Shown here piece by piece: positions 18,293 through 27,110 of a stretch of 64,000 bases of DNA. The notes below the pieces were generated by a model that saw only the letters and a program-made list of their open reading frames with translations, was not told the origin of the DNA and ran no database searches. A program made the position numbers and the translations under genes. Position 1 is the stretch's first letter, and every line of letters starts with the position of its first letter. The DNA is from Pseudomonadota bacterium (GTDB lineage: Bacteria > Pseudomonadota > Gammaproteobacteria > Burkholderiales > JABEVD01): assembly GCA_021802545.1 (NCBI GenBank), contig JAJZRS010000006.1:9308-73307 (forward strand), written 5' to 3'.

Positions 18293-19231
18293 CTACGCGA
18301 GCCTGCGCTTCAAGGCGGCTGCAAGCTTGTGGGGCTCGAATTTGGATACGTATTCGTCCACGCCGACAGATTGTCCAAGCTGCTGGTTCGATGTGCCGGA
18401 TAGGGAGGAGTGCATGATGACGGGGATGCCGGCGAAGCGGTGATCGCTCTTGATCATCTTGGTCAGGAGATAGCCGTCCATTTCAGGCATTTCGACGTCG
18501 GTGAGGACCAGCTGGATGAGATCCTTCACCTGCGTGTGGGTTGCTTCGGCGCGGTTCGCGAGATTTTGCAATTCGTCCCAGGCTTGCTTGCCGTTCACGG
18601 CGCTCATGTACTCGACCCCCATCGCCTTGAGGGTGGACTCGATCTGATGCCTGGCCACCGAGGAATCATCCGCGAAAAAGATCGTGCGCTTGGAATTCAA
18701 CGGTTCGATGCCCACGAAAAGGTGGCTGTCGTCGAACCGGCTGGTTTCGGAGAGGATCTTTTCGACGTCGAGCAGCATGACGAGGCGGCCGTCATCGAGT
18801 TCGGTCACGGCAGTGACGAGGCCGCCCATTCTTGCCGTCAGCATTTCCGGCGGAACGCGCATGGCCGACCAGTCGAGCCTGAGGATGATGTCGACCCCTT
18901 CGACCAGAAACCCCTGGGTATGGCCGTTGTATTCGGTGACGATCAGGATTTCTGGCTTTTTTTCCGTCTGGATGCCTGCGTATTTGGCGATGTCGACGAC
19001 CGGGACGAGGACGCCTCTCAGGCTCACCATGCCCTCGACGGCCTCAGGCATGTCCGGAGCGCGGGTGATTGCGGGAGCGCGCATCACTTCCCGAACCTTG
19101 AACACGTTGATGCCGAAGCATTCGTTTCTCCCGCTTCTGAGATCCGTTCCCAGGGAAAACAGCAGAATCTCAAGCTTGTTCGTGCCCGCAAGTTTTGTGC
19201 GCGCATCGATATTTTTCAGTAGTTCGGACAT
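18293..19231 (-). CDS. cheV: CheV (CheW-like domain + receiver domain), copy 1
   Basis: It has the same architecture as the neighbouring cheV and is clearly paralogous (LEILLFSLG..FGINVFKVREV..; FFADDSSVAR..TDVEMPEMDGYLLT). Confidence 0.9.
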   Translation of the reverse strand: MSELLKNIDARTKLAGTNKLEILLFSLGTDLRSGRNECFGINVFKVREVMRAPAITRAPDMPEAVEGMVSLRGVLVPVVDIAKYAGIQTEKKPEILIVTEYNGHTQGFLVEGVDIILRLDWSAMRVPPEMLTARMGGLVTAVTELDDGRLVMLLDVEKILSETSRFDDSHLFVGIEPLNSKRTIFFADDSSVARHQIESTLKAMGVEYMSAVNGKQAWDELQNLANRAEATHTQVKDLIQLVLTDVEMPEMDGYLLTKMIKSDHRFAGIPVIMHSSLSGTSNQQLGQSVGVDEYVSKFEPHKLAAALKRRLA

Positions 19232-19293
19232 GCCGACCGCCTTTTATTTGATTTCAATACGGATCTGCGATGCGTTTATGTCCAGTCGATGCA

Positions 19294-19461
19294 TCAGCAT
19301 TGCTGTAAAGCATACATTTTGCGAAGAAAAGCGTCTACATCGGCGTCATTAAAATCCATCGGTTTTTCATGCGGCTTTTCATGCGAGACGCGATCCGGAG
19401 GAAGTTCTTCGCACTCTTCAATCTGCCATTCCAGCGATTCCATGCACATCATTTTGACCAT
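19294..19461 (-). CDS. Small acidic protein (55 aa), unannotated first ORF of the che operon
   Basis: Hand translation gives MVKMMCMESLEWQIEECEELPPDRVSHEKPHEKPMDFNDADVDAFLRKMYALQQC followed by a stop. GGGAGG lies 5 nt upstream of the ATG. It sits between the candidate sigma28 promoter and cheV and is below the 60-aa cutoff of the ORF track. Confidence 0.45.
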   Translation of the reverse strand: MVKMMCMESLEWQIEECEELPPDRVSHEKPHEKPMDFNDADVDAFLRKMYALQQC

Positions 19462-19491
19462 GATCGCCTCCCAGTCTGGACTATACCCATT

Positions 19492-19518
19492 ATAACGGAT
19501 TAATGGCGAAAAAGTTTA
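19492..19518 (-). promoter_or_regulatory. Candidate sigma28 (FliA)-type promoter for the che operon
   Basis: The minus strand reads TAAACTTT-N11-TCCGTTAT against the E. coli consensus TAAAGTTT-N11-GCCGATAA (7/8 and 5/8 matches). A TATAAT (19489-19494) overlaps it. It lies ~25 nt upstream of the small-ORF RBS. Confidence 0.4.
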
Positions 19519-19543
19519 GATGCGATTTGAAGTTAGCTATAAT
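19515..19543 (+). promoter_or_regulatory. Candidate sigma70 promoter for the GT-B-like gene
   Basis: TTTAGA, a 17-nt spacer and a perfect TATAAT (19538-19543) lie 25 nt upstream of ATG 19569. Confidence 0.4.
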
Positions 19544-19568
19544 CCGCCATTCCGTCGGACACCTGATC

Positions 19569-20618
19569 ATGAAAATCCTCCTCGATATCTCCTCGCACGG
19601 CTTTGGCCATATCGCCCAGACCGCGCCCATCGTCAACGGCCTGAACCGGCCGGATTTCGAATGGACTGTTCGCTCAGGCGCGCAACATGAAATCCTGAAG
19701 AGAAAGCTGGATTTTCCATTCGAGTGGATTTCGGAGGCTACGGATATCGGGATGGCGATGAAAAATGCGATCGACGTGGACGTCATTGCCACGGAAAAAG
19801 CCTATGCTTTTCTTCATCGCGACTGGGAAGCCAAGGTCGAGAAGGAAGCGCAATGGATATCTTCTTTCGACCTGGTATTGTCTAACGTATCCTATTTGCC
19901 GTTGAAGGCCGCGCATCTGGCCGGCGTCCCGGGTGCCGCCTTCTGCTCGCTCAACTGGGCGGACCTTTACTGGCACTACTGCAAGCTCAGCCAGGGGGCC
20001 GAAAAGATCCACGAGCAGATCCTCGACGCCTACCGCAGCGCTCAATTCTTCAGGATCACGCCTGCCATGCCGATGCCTGATCTCGAACAGGCGATAGCGA
20101 TCGGCCCGATCGCAGCCATCGGCGCCAACAGGCGTGATGAGATCAGGCGCATGCTGGGAGTCAAGCCCGGCGTCAAAATAGGGCTGATCTCGATGGGCGG
20201 GCTGCCTTTTCCCATTCCTTTCGAAAAATGGCCGGATCCGGAAAATATCCACTGGATCGTGCCGACGGATACGGGCCGCTCCGGCATGACCGCATACACG
20301 AAGCTTGCCATGCCCTTTTCAGACCTCGCAGCGTCAGCCGATGTGCTGGTGACGAAGCCCGGCTACGGGAGCTTTGTCGAAGCGGCCGCAGCCGGCATTC
20401 CCGTGCTCTACGTGCCGAGGGGAGATTGGCCGGAGGAGGAGTATCTGACGGGCTGGCTGAAGGAGAACGGCAGGTGCCTCAATTTGGACAGGGCGTCTTT
20501 CGAATCAGGAAAGCTGGAAGATGCCTTGGATGCGCTGCTTTCCCAGCCCGAGAAACCCGTTCCTCAAATGAGCGGGGCAGCCGATGCGGTTTCCCGCATC
20601 GGCGCGCTCATCACTTGA
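19569..20618 (+). CDS. GT-B-fold glycosyltransferase-like protein (family unassigned)
   Basis: The N-terminus ILLDISSHGFGHIAQTAPI and the C-terminus ADVLVTKPGYGSFVEAAAAGIPVLYVPR resemble the MurG/MGT-type nucleotide-sugar binding half. The start is ATG 19569. Confidence 0.55.
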   Translation: MKILLDISSHGFGHIAQTAPIVNGLNRPDFEWTVRSGAQHEILKRKLDFPFEWISEATDIGMAMKNAIDVDVIATEKAYAFLHRDWEAKVEKEAQWISSFDLVLSNVSYLPLKAAHLAGVPGAAFCSLNWADLYWHYCKLSQGAEKIHEQILDAYRSAQFFRITPAMPMPDLEQAIAIGPIAAIGANRRDEIRRMLGVKPGVKIGLISMGGLPFPIPFEKWPDPENIHWIVPTDTGRSGMTAYTKLAMPFSDLAASADVLVTKPGYGSFVEAAAAGIPVLYVPRGDWPEEEYLTGWLKENGRCLNLDRASFESGKLEDALDALLSQPEKPVPQMSGAADAVSRIGALIT

Positions 20619-20931
20619 ACACGACCTTGGTGACAATGCCGTGCTCGAAGACGATCGTCGCAAACTGGTCCTGTTTTCCCGTCGCAGGATCGAAGGTGAG
20701 GTTTTTGTACACCCACAGGATGCCGAGCTGCTCCGCATAATCGTTGTCGAGGTAGGGCTTGCCGAATTTGGCCATGACGACGCTGTCCGGTTTGCCCATG
20801 ACGGATTTGGTGAATTCATCCCTGGAAACGGGCTTGTGCGCGACCACAGGGGAAGGCGCTTGCCTGGGCTGATCGCATCCGGAAAGCCCGAATAGACCGA
20901 AGAGCGCAAATGCGAGTAGGAGTTTGTTCAT
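20611..20931 (-). CDS. Small lipoprotein
   Basis: MNKLLLAFALFGLFGLSGC has a lipobox (LSGC). The product is 106 aa. The start was trimmed to ATG 20931. Confidence 0.65.
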   Translation of the reverse strand: MNKLLLAFALFGLFGLSGCDQPRQAPSPVVAHKPVSRDEFTKSVMGKPDSVVMAKFGKPYLDNDYAEQLGILWVYKNLTFDPATGKQDQFATIVFEHGIVTKVVFK

Positions 20932-20960
20932 GATGCAGCCCGATTCCTTTTGAAGCCCCA

Positions 20961-21800
20961 TTATACATCGGCCCCGAACAGATTGAGCAGTCCGTCGAGG
21001 CCGACGTGGTTGAATGCGTAAGTGGCTTTTTCCCTGACGACAGGCTTTGCATGGTAGGCGATGCTGATTCCGGCCTCATGCAACATCTTGAGGTCGTTCG
21101 CGCCGTCGCCGATGGCGATCACCGCCTCCCTCGATAGGGCGAGCTTTTCCCTCACGCTGTTCAGCCAGTCTGCCTTGCCCTGGGCGTCGACGATCTTGCC
21201 GAGCACCTTTCCTGTCAGTTTTCCGTCGATGATTTCAAGCGTGTTCGATGCGGTATAGTCGAGCCCGAGCCTGCCCTTCAGCCTGTCGGTGAAGAAGGTG
21301 AATCCGCCCGAGACGAGCAGCGTCTTGACGCCGTTCGCCTTCAATGCGTCCAGCATTTTTTCTGCGCCCGGGCTCAGCCTCAGGCGCTCTTCGTAGACGC
21401 GCGCCAATGCCGATTCTTCGAGCCCCTCGAGCAGGCCGACCCGGCGCTTCAGGCTTTCCGAAAAGTCGATCTCGCCGCGCATGGCCGATTCGGTGATGGC
21501 GGCGACCGCGGGTTTGATGCCGAGCATGTCCGCGATTTCGTCGATGCATTCGATCGTGATCAGCGTGGAATCCATGTCCATGACGACCAGCCCGAAATCA
21601 GAAAGCTTCAATGATTCGTCGACCTGTGCGAAATCGATGCCAGATTCAGCGCAAAGAATGGGAATTTCAGGGGAGTTTTTCGCACCTCTCAGCCTGTACG
21701 CCTGCTCTCCGATGCGCTCGAACGCATTTGCATTGGCAACCATGACGAACTTCTCGAGCGTCTCCTCGCTGAGTTCTTTTCCATGAAGAATCAGGTTCAT
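20961..21800 (-). CDS. serB: Phosphoserine phosphatase SerB
   Basis: HAD motifs are VVMDMDSTLI..ECIDE, LVSGGF and IAIGDGANDL.ML..AG..IA. ATG 21800 overlaps the upstream stop (ATGA). An alternative ATG lies at 21809. Confidence 0.88.
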   Translation of the reverse strand: MNLILHGKELSEETLEKFVMVANANAFERIGEQAYRLRGAKNSPEIPILCAESGIDFAQVDESLKLSDFGLVVMDMDSTLITIECIDEIADMLGIKPAVAAITESAMRGEIDFSESLKRRVGLLEGLEESALARVYEERLRLSPGAEKMLDALKANGVKTLLVSGGFTFFTDRLKGRLGLDYTASNTLEIIDGKLTGKVLGKIVDAQGKADWLNSVREKLALSREAVIAIGDGANDLKMLHEAGISIAYHAKPVVREKATYAFNHVGLDGLLNLFGADV

Positions 21801-22552
21801 GCTTTCCATTTCTCCAGAAGTTCGACGTCAACGAAATCCTTTCCGAAAGCGTCACCCGCCATCAACCTGAATGGCGCGTCAGGTTCGCCGAGATCGGATA
21901 CGACGGCGACCGCGCCGCTGAAATCCTGATTCTGCGTGTAATCGGACACGGTGACCACGGTCTTCACGCCCGAGGCGAGGCTGGAACGCAGCCCGTTTTC
22001 GGAGTCTTCCACGGCGATGCATGCCTCGGATACTAAGCCAAGCTTGTCCATCGCCCAGAAATAGATATCGGGAGCGGGTTTCTTCTGGGGCACGATGTCG
22101 CCTGCCGCGATGAGGTCGAACCAGCTCACCGCATCCTTGTCCAGGCTGCATTGCAGCAAGGTGGTGACGTTCTCCGGGGTCGTCGTCGTGACCACGGCAA
22201 GCTTCAATCCCTTGTCCATGGCCTCCTGAATGAGCCTTCTTGCGCCGGGGCGCATCGGAATCGCGCCTGATTCGAGTATCTCCTTGTAGAAAGAGGTCTT
22301 TTCCTTGTGCAGCTGGATGACGAGATCGTCGAAATCGGAAGGTTTCACATAGTCCTGCCTGTAATTTTCCACGTAATGCCTGATGCGTTCCTTTCCGCCG
22401 GTGACCTCGAGCAGCTTGCCGTAAAGCGCGACGTCCCATCCCCAATCGAGGCCGAATTTTTCGAATGCCTGGTTGAAGGCTATCCTGTGTCCGTCACGCT
22501 CGGTATCGGCGAGCGTGCCGTCCACATCGAAAAGAATGGCCGTAAGACTCAT
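21797..22552 (-). CDS. HAD-family phosphatase (CbbY-like)
   Basis: The protein reads MSLTAILFDVDGTLADTERDGHR.AFN.AF...GL.W.W....Y..LL.V.GGKER...Y with ..VTT.....; ED S.NG. The start ATG overlaps the mfd stop (ATGA). The longer track ORF N-terminus is non-coding read-through. Confidence 0.82.
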   Translation of the reverse strand: MSLTAILFDVDGTLADTERDGHRIAFNQAFEKFGLDWGWDVALYGKLLEVTGGKERIRHYVENYRQDYVKPSDFDDLVIQLHKEKTSFYKEILESGAIPMRPGARRLIQEAMDKGLKLAVVTTTTPENVTTLLQCSLDKDAVSWFDLIAAGDIVPQKKPAPDIYFWAMDKLGLVSEACIAVEDSENGLRSSLASGVKTVVTVSDYTQNQDFSGAVAVVSDLGEPDAPFRLMAGDAFGKDFVDVELLEKWKA

Positions 22553-25500
22553 GTTTTCTCCTGCAAAAAATTGAACAATGACTTGATTTTCTTGATCCTG
22601 CTCTCCACGTCCTGGAAGCTGCCCTCGGCCTTTAGCTTGTCCTGTCCGGAAAGCTTGATGCCGCGCTCGCTCGCAACCAGAAGGATGATCCTTTCCGGAT
22701 CGATCGGCGGCTTGGGCACGAATTGCAGGACGATCGCCGATTCGCTCGCGTCGATCTTGAGGACGCCGAGCGATTTTCCATGAATTCTGAGCCGGTGTGA
22801 ATCGACAAGCGCTCTCGCAGGGGCAGGGAGCAGGCCGAAGCGATCCACCAGTTCCTGGTAGAGCGCGTCGATTTCCTCGTCGCTTTCGCAGCTGGCCAGC
22901 CGCTTGTACAGGACGAGGCGTTCGTGGATGCCTTCGCAATATTCCTGGGGAAGGAGGGCGGGCGTGTGCAGGTTGATTTCGGTGGTGACGCCGAGGGGGT
23001 TCGCGAGATCGGGCTCGACGCCCTGCTTGAGCGAATTCACGGCGGCTTCGAGCATCGAGTTGTAGAGCGCGAAACCGATCTTCTGCATCTCGCCGCTCTG
23101 GGATTCTCCCAGAAGCTCTCCGGCGCCCCTGATTTCAAGATCGTGCATGGCAAGATAGAAGCCTGCGCCCAGTTCTCCCATGTGCTTGATCGCATCCAGC
23201 CTTTTTTTCGCCTGGGCGGACAGCGCTTCATCGCCAGGCGTCAGAAGATAGGCGTAGGCCTGATGATGGGACCGGCCTATCCTGCCGCGCAGCTGATGGA
23301 GCTGGGCGAGGCCGAAGCGGTCTGCCCTGTCGATCAGGATGGTGTTTGCGGTCGGCACGTCGATTCCCGTTTCGATGATGGTGGTGCAGAGCAGCACATT
23401 GAAGCGCTGGTGGTAGAAGTCCCGCATGACGCGCTCGAGCTCCCGCTCGGGCATCTGCCCATGGGCGATTTCGATGCGCGCCTCCGGCAGCAGCTTTTTC
23501 AGCTTTTCATGGACAGCATCGATGGTTTCGATCTGGTTGTGCAGGAAATAGATCTGTCCGCCCCGCTTCAATTCGCGTGAACAGGCTTCCCTGACGATGC
23601 CGTCGCTGTAGCTGCAGACGAAGGTCTTGATGGCCAGCCGCCTGGCAGGCGCCGTCGCAATCATCGAGAAGTCGCGCAATCCTTCGAGCGACATGGCAAG
23701 CGTTCTCGGAATGGGGGTGGCGGTAAGCGTCAAGACGTCGATTTCCGCCCGCAAGGATTTGATTTTTTCCTTGTGACGCACCCCGAAACGGTGCTCCTCG
23801 TCGATGATGACGAGGCCGAGTTCCTTGAAGGAAACGTCGTTCTGGAGCAGCTTGTGCGTGCCGATGACGATGTCGATTTTTCCAGCCGCAAGTCCTTTCA
23901 GGGCGTCCTGCTGCTCCTTTCCCGAGCGGAAACGCGAAAGCTCTGCGACCTTGACCGGCCATTGCGCGAAGCGCGCGGAAAAATTCTGGTAATGCTGTTC
24001 CGCGAGCAGGGTTGTCGGAACGAGGACGGCAACCTGTTTCCCGCCCATGACGGCGATGAAGGCGGCGCGCAGCGCGACTTCGGTCTTGCCGAATCCGACG
24101 TCTCCGCAGATGAGGCGATCCATGGGCTTGTCCGAGCACATGTCGGCCTCGACCGCGCCGATTGCAGCAAGCTGGTCGGGCGTTTCATCGAAACCGAATC
24201 CATCCGCGAAAGCATCCAGGTCGTGCTGGCTGCAGGCGAAGCGGTGGCCCTTGCGCAGCGCGCGCTGGGCATAAAGGTTGAGCAGTTCGGCTGCCGTGTC
24301 GCGCACCTGCTCGAGCGCTTTGCGCTTCGCCTTTTCCCAGTGCCCGCTGCCGAGCTTGTAGAGCGGCGCCTGTTCGGACCCGCTGTAACGGCTGATCAGG
24401 TGGAGCTGGGAAACCGGGACATAGAGCTTGTCGTCGTCCGCATAACCCAGCATCAGGAATTCCGTTTCGCCGTCGCCGAGATCGAGCGTGACAAGCCCGA
24501 GATACCTTCCCACGCCATGCTGCTCATGCACGACAGGGTCACCTGTGTTGATCTCGGAGAGGTCGCGCAGCACATTGTCCGAAATCGATTTTCTCGGCCG
24601 GTCAACCTTGTTCCTCGCATGATTCGCATAGAGTTCCGTTTCTGTGACGACGGCGATTTTTTCGTCAAGAAGCGAAAAGCCGGTCAGCACGGGGCCCCAG
24701 CCGAGCATGAAGCGTTCGTTTCTCGACAGGAATTCGGAGAAGGATTCGCAGGGGACGGGATCGAGCCCGTATTCCCTGAAGTAATCCAGCATGATCTCGC
24801 GCCGTCCCAGGCTCTCTGCAAGCACCAGCACCCTGCCTTCGAATCCGTCCAGGTACGATTCGAGATGGGCAAGCGGGTTCTCGGCCCTTCTTTCGACCTG
24901 GACGGCAGGCAGAGGCGCGCTTTTCATCGCCTGCTCGCCCTCATCGTGCATCTCGAGGCGCTTGAACCGGGTTATGCCGGAAAAGAAAGCGTCGAAAGTG
25001 AGGAACATGTCCTCTGGGGGAAGCACGGGATGCAGCTTGTCCCCCTTGATGAGCGCATGGCGCGACTTCGTTTCTCGCCAGAAATTCTCGATCGATTTTC
25101 TGACGTCACCGTGCAGGCAAAGGGTCGCATCGTCAGGCAGATAATCGAAAATCGTCGCCGACTTTTCGAAAAACAGCGGCAGATAGTATTCGATTCCGGC
25201 AGGCGCAAGACCGTTGCTGACATCCTTGTAAAGCCTTGTCTTGGATGGGTCTCCTTCGAATTTTTCCCTGAAGTTGCGGCGGAACAGGCTCCTTCCTTCA
25301 TCGTCCATGGGAAATTCGCGCGCCGGAAGCAGCTTGATCTGCTTCACGGGATAGATGCTGCGCTGCGTGTCGACATCGAACGTCCTGATGTTGTCGATTT
25401 CGTTGTCGAAAAGGTCGATCCGGTAGGGAAGGGGGCTGCCCATCGGGAAAAGGTCGATAAGCCCTCCCCTGAAGCTGTATTCTCCAGGGCTCACGACCTG

Positions 25501-25926
25501 GCTCACGTGAGAATAGCCCGCGATCGCCAGCTGATGCCTCAGCTGACTCGGGTCGATGGTTTTCTTCTGCTCAAGAAAAAAGGTATAGGCCGCGAGGAAT
25601 TCGACAGGAGGCAGTTGATAGAGGACGGTGGTCGTCGGCACGACGACCACGTTCAGCTCCCGCTTCATTATCCTGTACAGAGTGGACAGGCGTTCCGAGA
25701 CCAGATCCTGGTGCGGCGAGAAGCTGTCGTAAGGCAGTGTTTCCCAGTCCGGGAAGAGCCCGACCTCGAGTTCGGGGTGAAAATAGCGGATCTCCTCGAA
25801 CAGGCGCTGTGCATCGAGTGCTTTTTCGGCGACGACGACAAGCGGCTTTGCGGCAACTTTCGAAAGGAAAAGGGCGTCGCTCGATCCTGCCGGGACGGCG
25901 TATCTGGCTTTAACTGCTGGTGGCAT
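22549..25926 (-). CDS. mfd: Transcription-repair coupling factor Mfd
   Basis: It is 1125 aa. Motifs include the RNAP-interacting domain, helicase motifs (LICGDVGFGKTEVALRAAF, DEEHRFGV, TATPIPRTL) and the TRG motif (LHQLRGRIGRS). Confidence 0.97.
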   Translation of the reverse strand: MPPAVKARYAVPAGSSDALFLSKVAAKPLVVVAEKALDAQRLFEEIRYFHPELEVGLFPDWETLPYDSFSPHQDLVSERLSTLYRIMKRELNVVVVPTTTVLYQLPPVEFLAAYTFFLEQKKTIDPSQLRHQLAIAGYSHVSQVVSPGEYSFRGGLIDLFPMGSPLPYRIDLFDNEIDNIRTFDVDTQRSIYPVKQIKLLPAREFPMDDEGRSLFRRNFREKFEGDPSKTRLYKDVSNGLAPAGIEYYLPLFFEKSATIFDYLPDDATLCLHGDVRKSIENFWRETKSRHALIKGDKLHPVLPPEDMFLTFDAFFSGITRFKRLEMHDEGEQAMKSAPLPAVQVERRAENPLAHLESYLDGFEGRVLVLAESLGRREIMLDYFREYGLDPVPCESFSEFLSRNERFMLGWGPVLTGFSLLDEKIAVVTETELYANHARNKVDRPRKSISDNVLRDLSEINTGDPVVHEQHGVGRYLGLVTLDLGDGETEFLMLGYADDDKLYVPVSQLHLISRYSGSEQAPLYKLGSGHWEKAKRKALEQVRDTAAELLNLYAQRALRKGHRFACSQHDLDAFADGFGFDETPDQLAAIGAVEADMCSDKPMDRLICGDVGFGKTEVALRAAFIAVMGGKQVAVLVPTTLLAEQHYQNFSARFAQWPVKVAELSRFRSGKEQQDALKGLAAGKIDIVIGTHKLLQNDVSFKELGLVIIDEEHRFGVRHKEKIKSLRAEIDVLTLTATPIPRTLAMSLEGLRDFSMIATAPARRLAIKTFVCSYSDGIVREACSRELKRGGQIYFLHNQIETIDAVHEKLKKLLPEARIEIAHGQMPERELERVMRDFYHQRFNVLLCTTIIETGIDVPTANTILIDRADRFGLAQLHQLRGRIGRSHHQAYAYLLTPGDEALSAQAKKRLDAIKHMGELGAGFYLAMHDLEIRGAGELLGESQSGEMQKIGFALYNSMLEAAVNSLKQGVEPDLANPLGVTTEINLHTPALLPQEYCEGIHERLVLYKRLASCESDEEIDALYQELVDRFGLLPAPARALVDSHRLRIHGKSLGVLKIDASESAIVLQFVPKPPIDPERIILLVASERGIKLSGQDKLKAEGSFQDVESRIKKIKSLFNFLQEKT

Positions 25927-26016
25927 GGCTGCAATGCGGATTTTGACTGCGATGCATCATTCCGCGGGTAAATTGGTTTATTATAAAATATTTCGGCACT
26001 CTGGCGTTACCCGATT

Positions 26017-26502
26017 ATGGATACCAATGTCATTCTCACCTTCGTCGGCATAGCCGCGGCAATTGCCGCGGCCGTCTATCTGGGAGGCTCCAGGCTGATC
26101 GGGAAGAAGCCGGGTCAAGGCGGCGATCTGAAGCGGGTCGAGGACGTCACGAAGGCCTATTTCAGGGAAAGCGACGTCGAAGCCAAGGTGAATTGCGTCA
26201 TCGTCGAAGGCAAGGGACTGGTTGCGCTGATCGAGGTCGATCCCCAGGTGAGGTTCAGGAGTTCCTACATCATCGAGCAGACCTTGCGCGAGCAGATCCA
26301 GCGGCTCACCGGGAATAGTCTTGTGCAGGTTTTCTGGCGTTTTCCCATGATTGAAAAACTTGCCGATGCCACGAATGCCGGTCCTGCCTTTGTTGCTGCG
26401 AAGGGGAAGGCCGTCGATCCCCATTACGACATCGGAGAGGTTTCCTGGGAGGAATACGAGCGTGCGATGAAAGGCGAGCCGGTCAGCCAAGATATTGGCT
26501 GA
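26017..26502 (+). CDS. Hypothetical membrane-anchored protein
   Basis: It has an N-terminal TM helix (VILTFVGIAAAIAAAVYLGG). I recognise no family. Confidence 0.45.
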   Translation: MDTNVILTFVGIAAAIAAAVYLGGSRLIGKKPGQGGDLKRVEDVTKAYFRESDVEAKVNCVIVEGKGLVALIEVDPQVRFRSSYIIEQTLREQIQRLTGNSLVQVFWRFPMIEKLADATNAGPAFVAAKGKAVDPHYDIGEVSWEEYERAMKGEPVSQDIG

Positions 26503-27109
26503 ACCAGTTGCGCGCATCGATCGCAACCTGCTCCAGTTTTCCCGGCTCCTCGAAGAGGTGAGTTGCACCAGGGATGATCTTCATTTCCTTTTCACAGGCA
26601 AGAGATGCGAACGCGCGTCTGTTGAGCTCGATGACGACATCGTCGTTCCCGCCGACGATCAGGAGGGTGGGGGACGACACCTTGCCGAGTTCCTGAATGC
26701 TTGCCAGATCGGGACGGCCGCCCCGGCTGACGACGGCATGGATGGTTTTTCCGAGCCTGGCTGCGGCCTTCAGCGCGGCTGCAGCCCCGGTGCTTGCCCC
26801 GAAATAGCCGATTTTCAGATCCTTCGTCCGCTCGTCACGCTGCAGCCAGCCGGTCGCGTCCTGTAGACGCTCGGCGAGCAGCATGATGTCGAAACGCATA
26901 TCGTAATCGAGATCTTCCTCGCGGGTCAGCAGGTCGATGAGCAGGGTTGCGATGCCTGCATCGTTGAGGGTTTTCGCGACGTAGTTGTTGCGCGGACTGA
27001 ATCTGCTGCTGCCGCTGCCATGGGCGAACAGGACGATGCCCTTCGCGCCATGAGGCAGAACGAGTGTGCCCTCCAGGTCTGCATTACGCGCATTGACGAT
27101 GACGTCCAT
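26483..27109 (-). CDS. Dienelactone-hydrolase-type alpha/beta hydrolase
   Basis: It has GIVLFAHGSGSSR.SPRN and the nucleophile elbow GYFGASTGAAAAL. The start lies 2 nt downstream of the radical-SAM gene stop. Confidence 0.75.
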   Translation of the reverse strand: MDVIVNARNADLEGTLVLPHGAKGIVLFAHGSGSSRFSPRNNYVAKTLNDAGIATLLIDLLTREEDLDYDMRFDIMLLAERLQDATGWLQRDERTKDLKIGYFGASTGAAAALKAAARLGKTIHAVVSRGGRPDLASIQELGKVSSPTLLIVGGNDDVVIELNRRAFASLACEKEMKIIPGATHLFEEPGKLEQVAIDARNWFSQYLG

Positions 27110-27110
27110 T

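Noticed and set aside
21797-22939. N-terminal extensions of track ORFs, e.g. 380 aa for the HAD gene. Other cases are 28166-28849, 34637-35488, 39722-41422, 37024-37743, 46533-47210, 7098-7709, 3765-4379 and 61458-62741.
   Set aside because: The extra N-terminal residues overlap the preceding gene in another frame and look non-protein-like (R/G/P-rich). Internal starts with SD sequences or start-stop overlaps give products of canonical family length.
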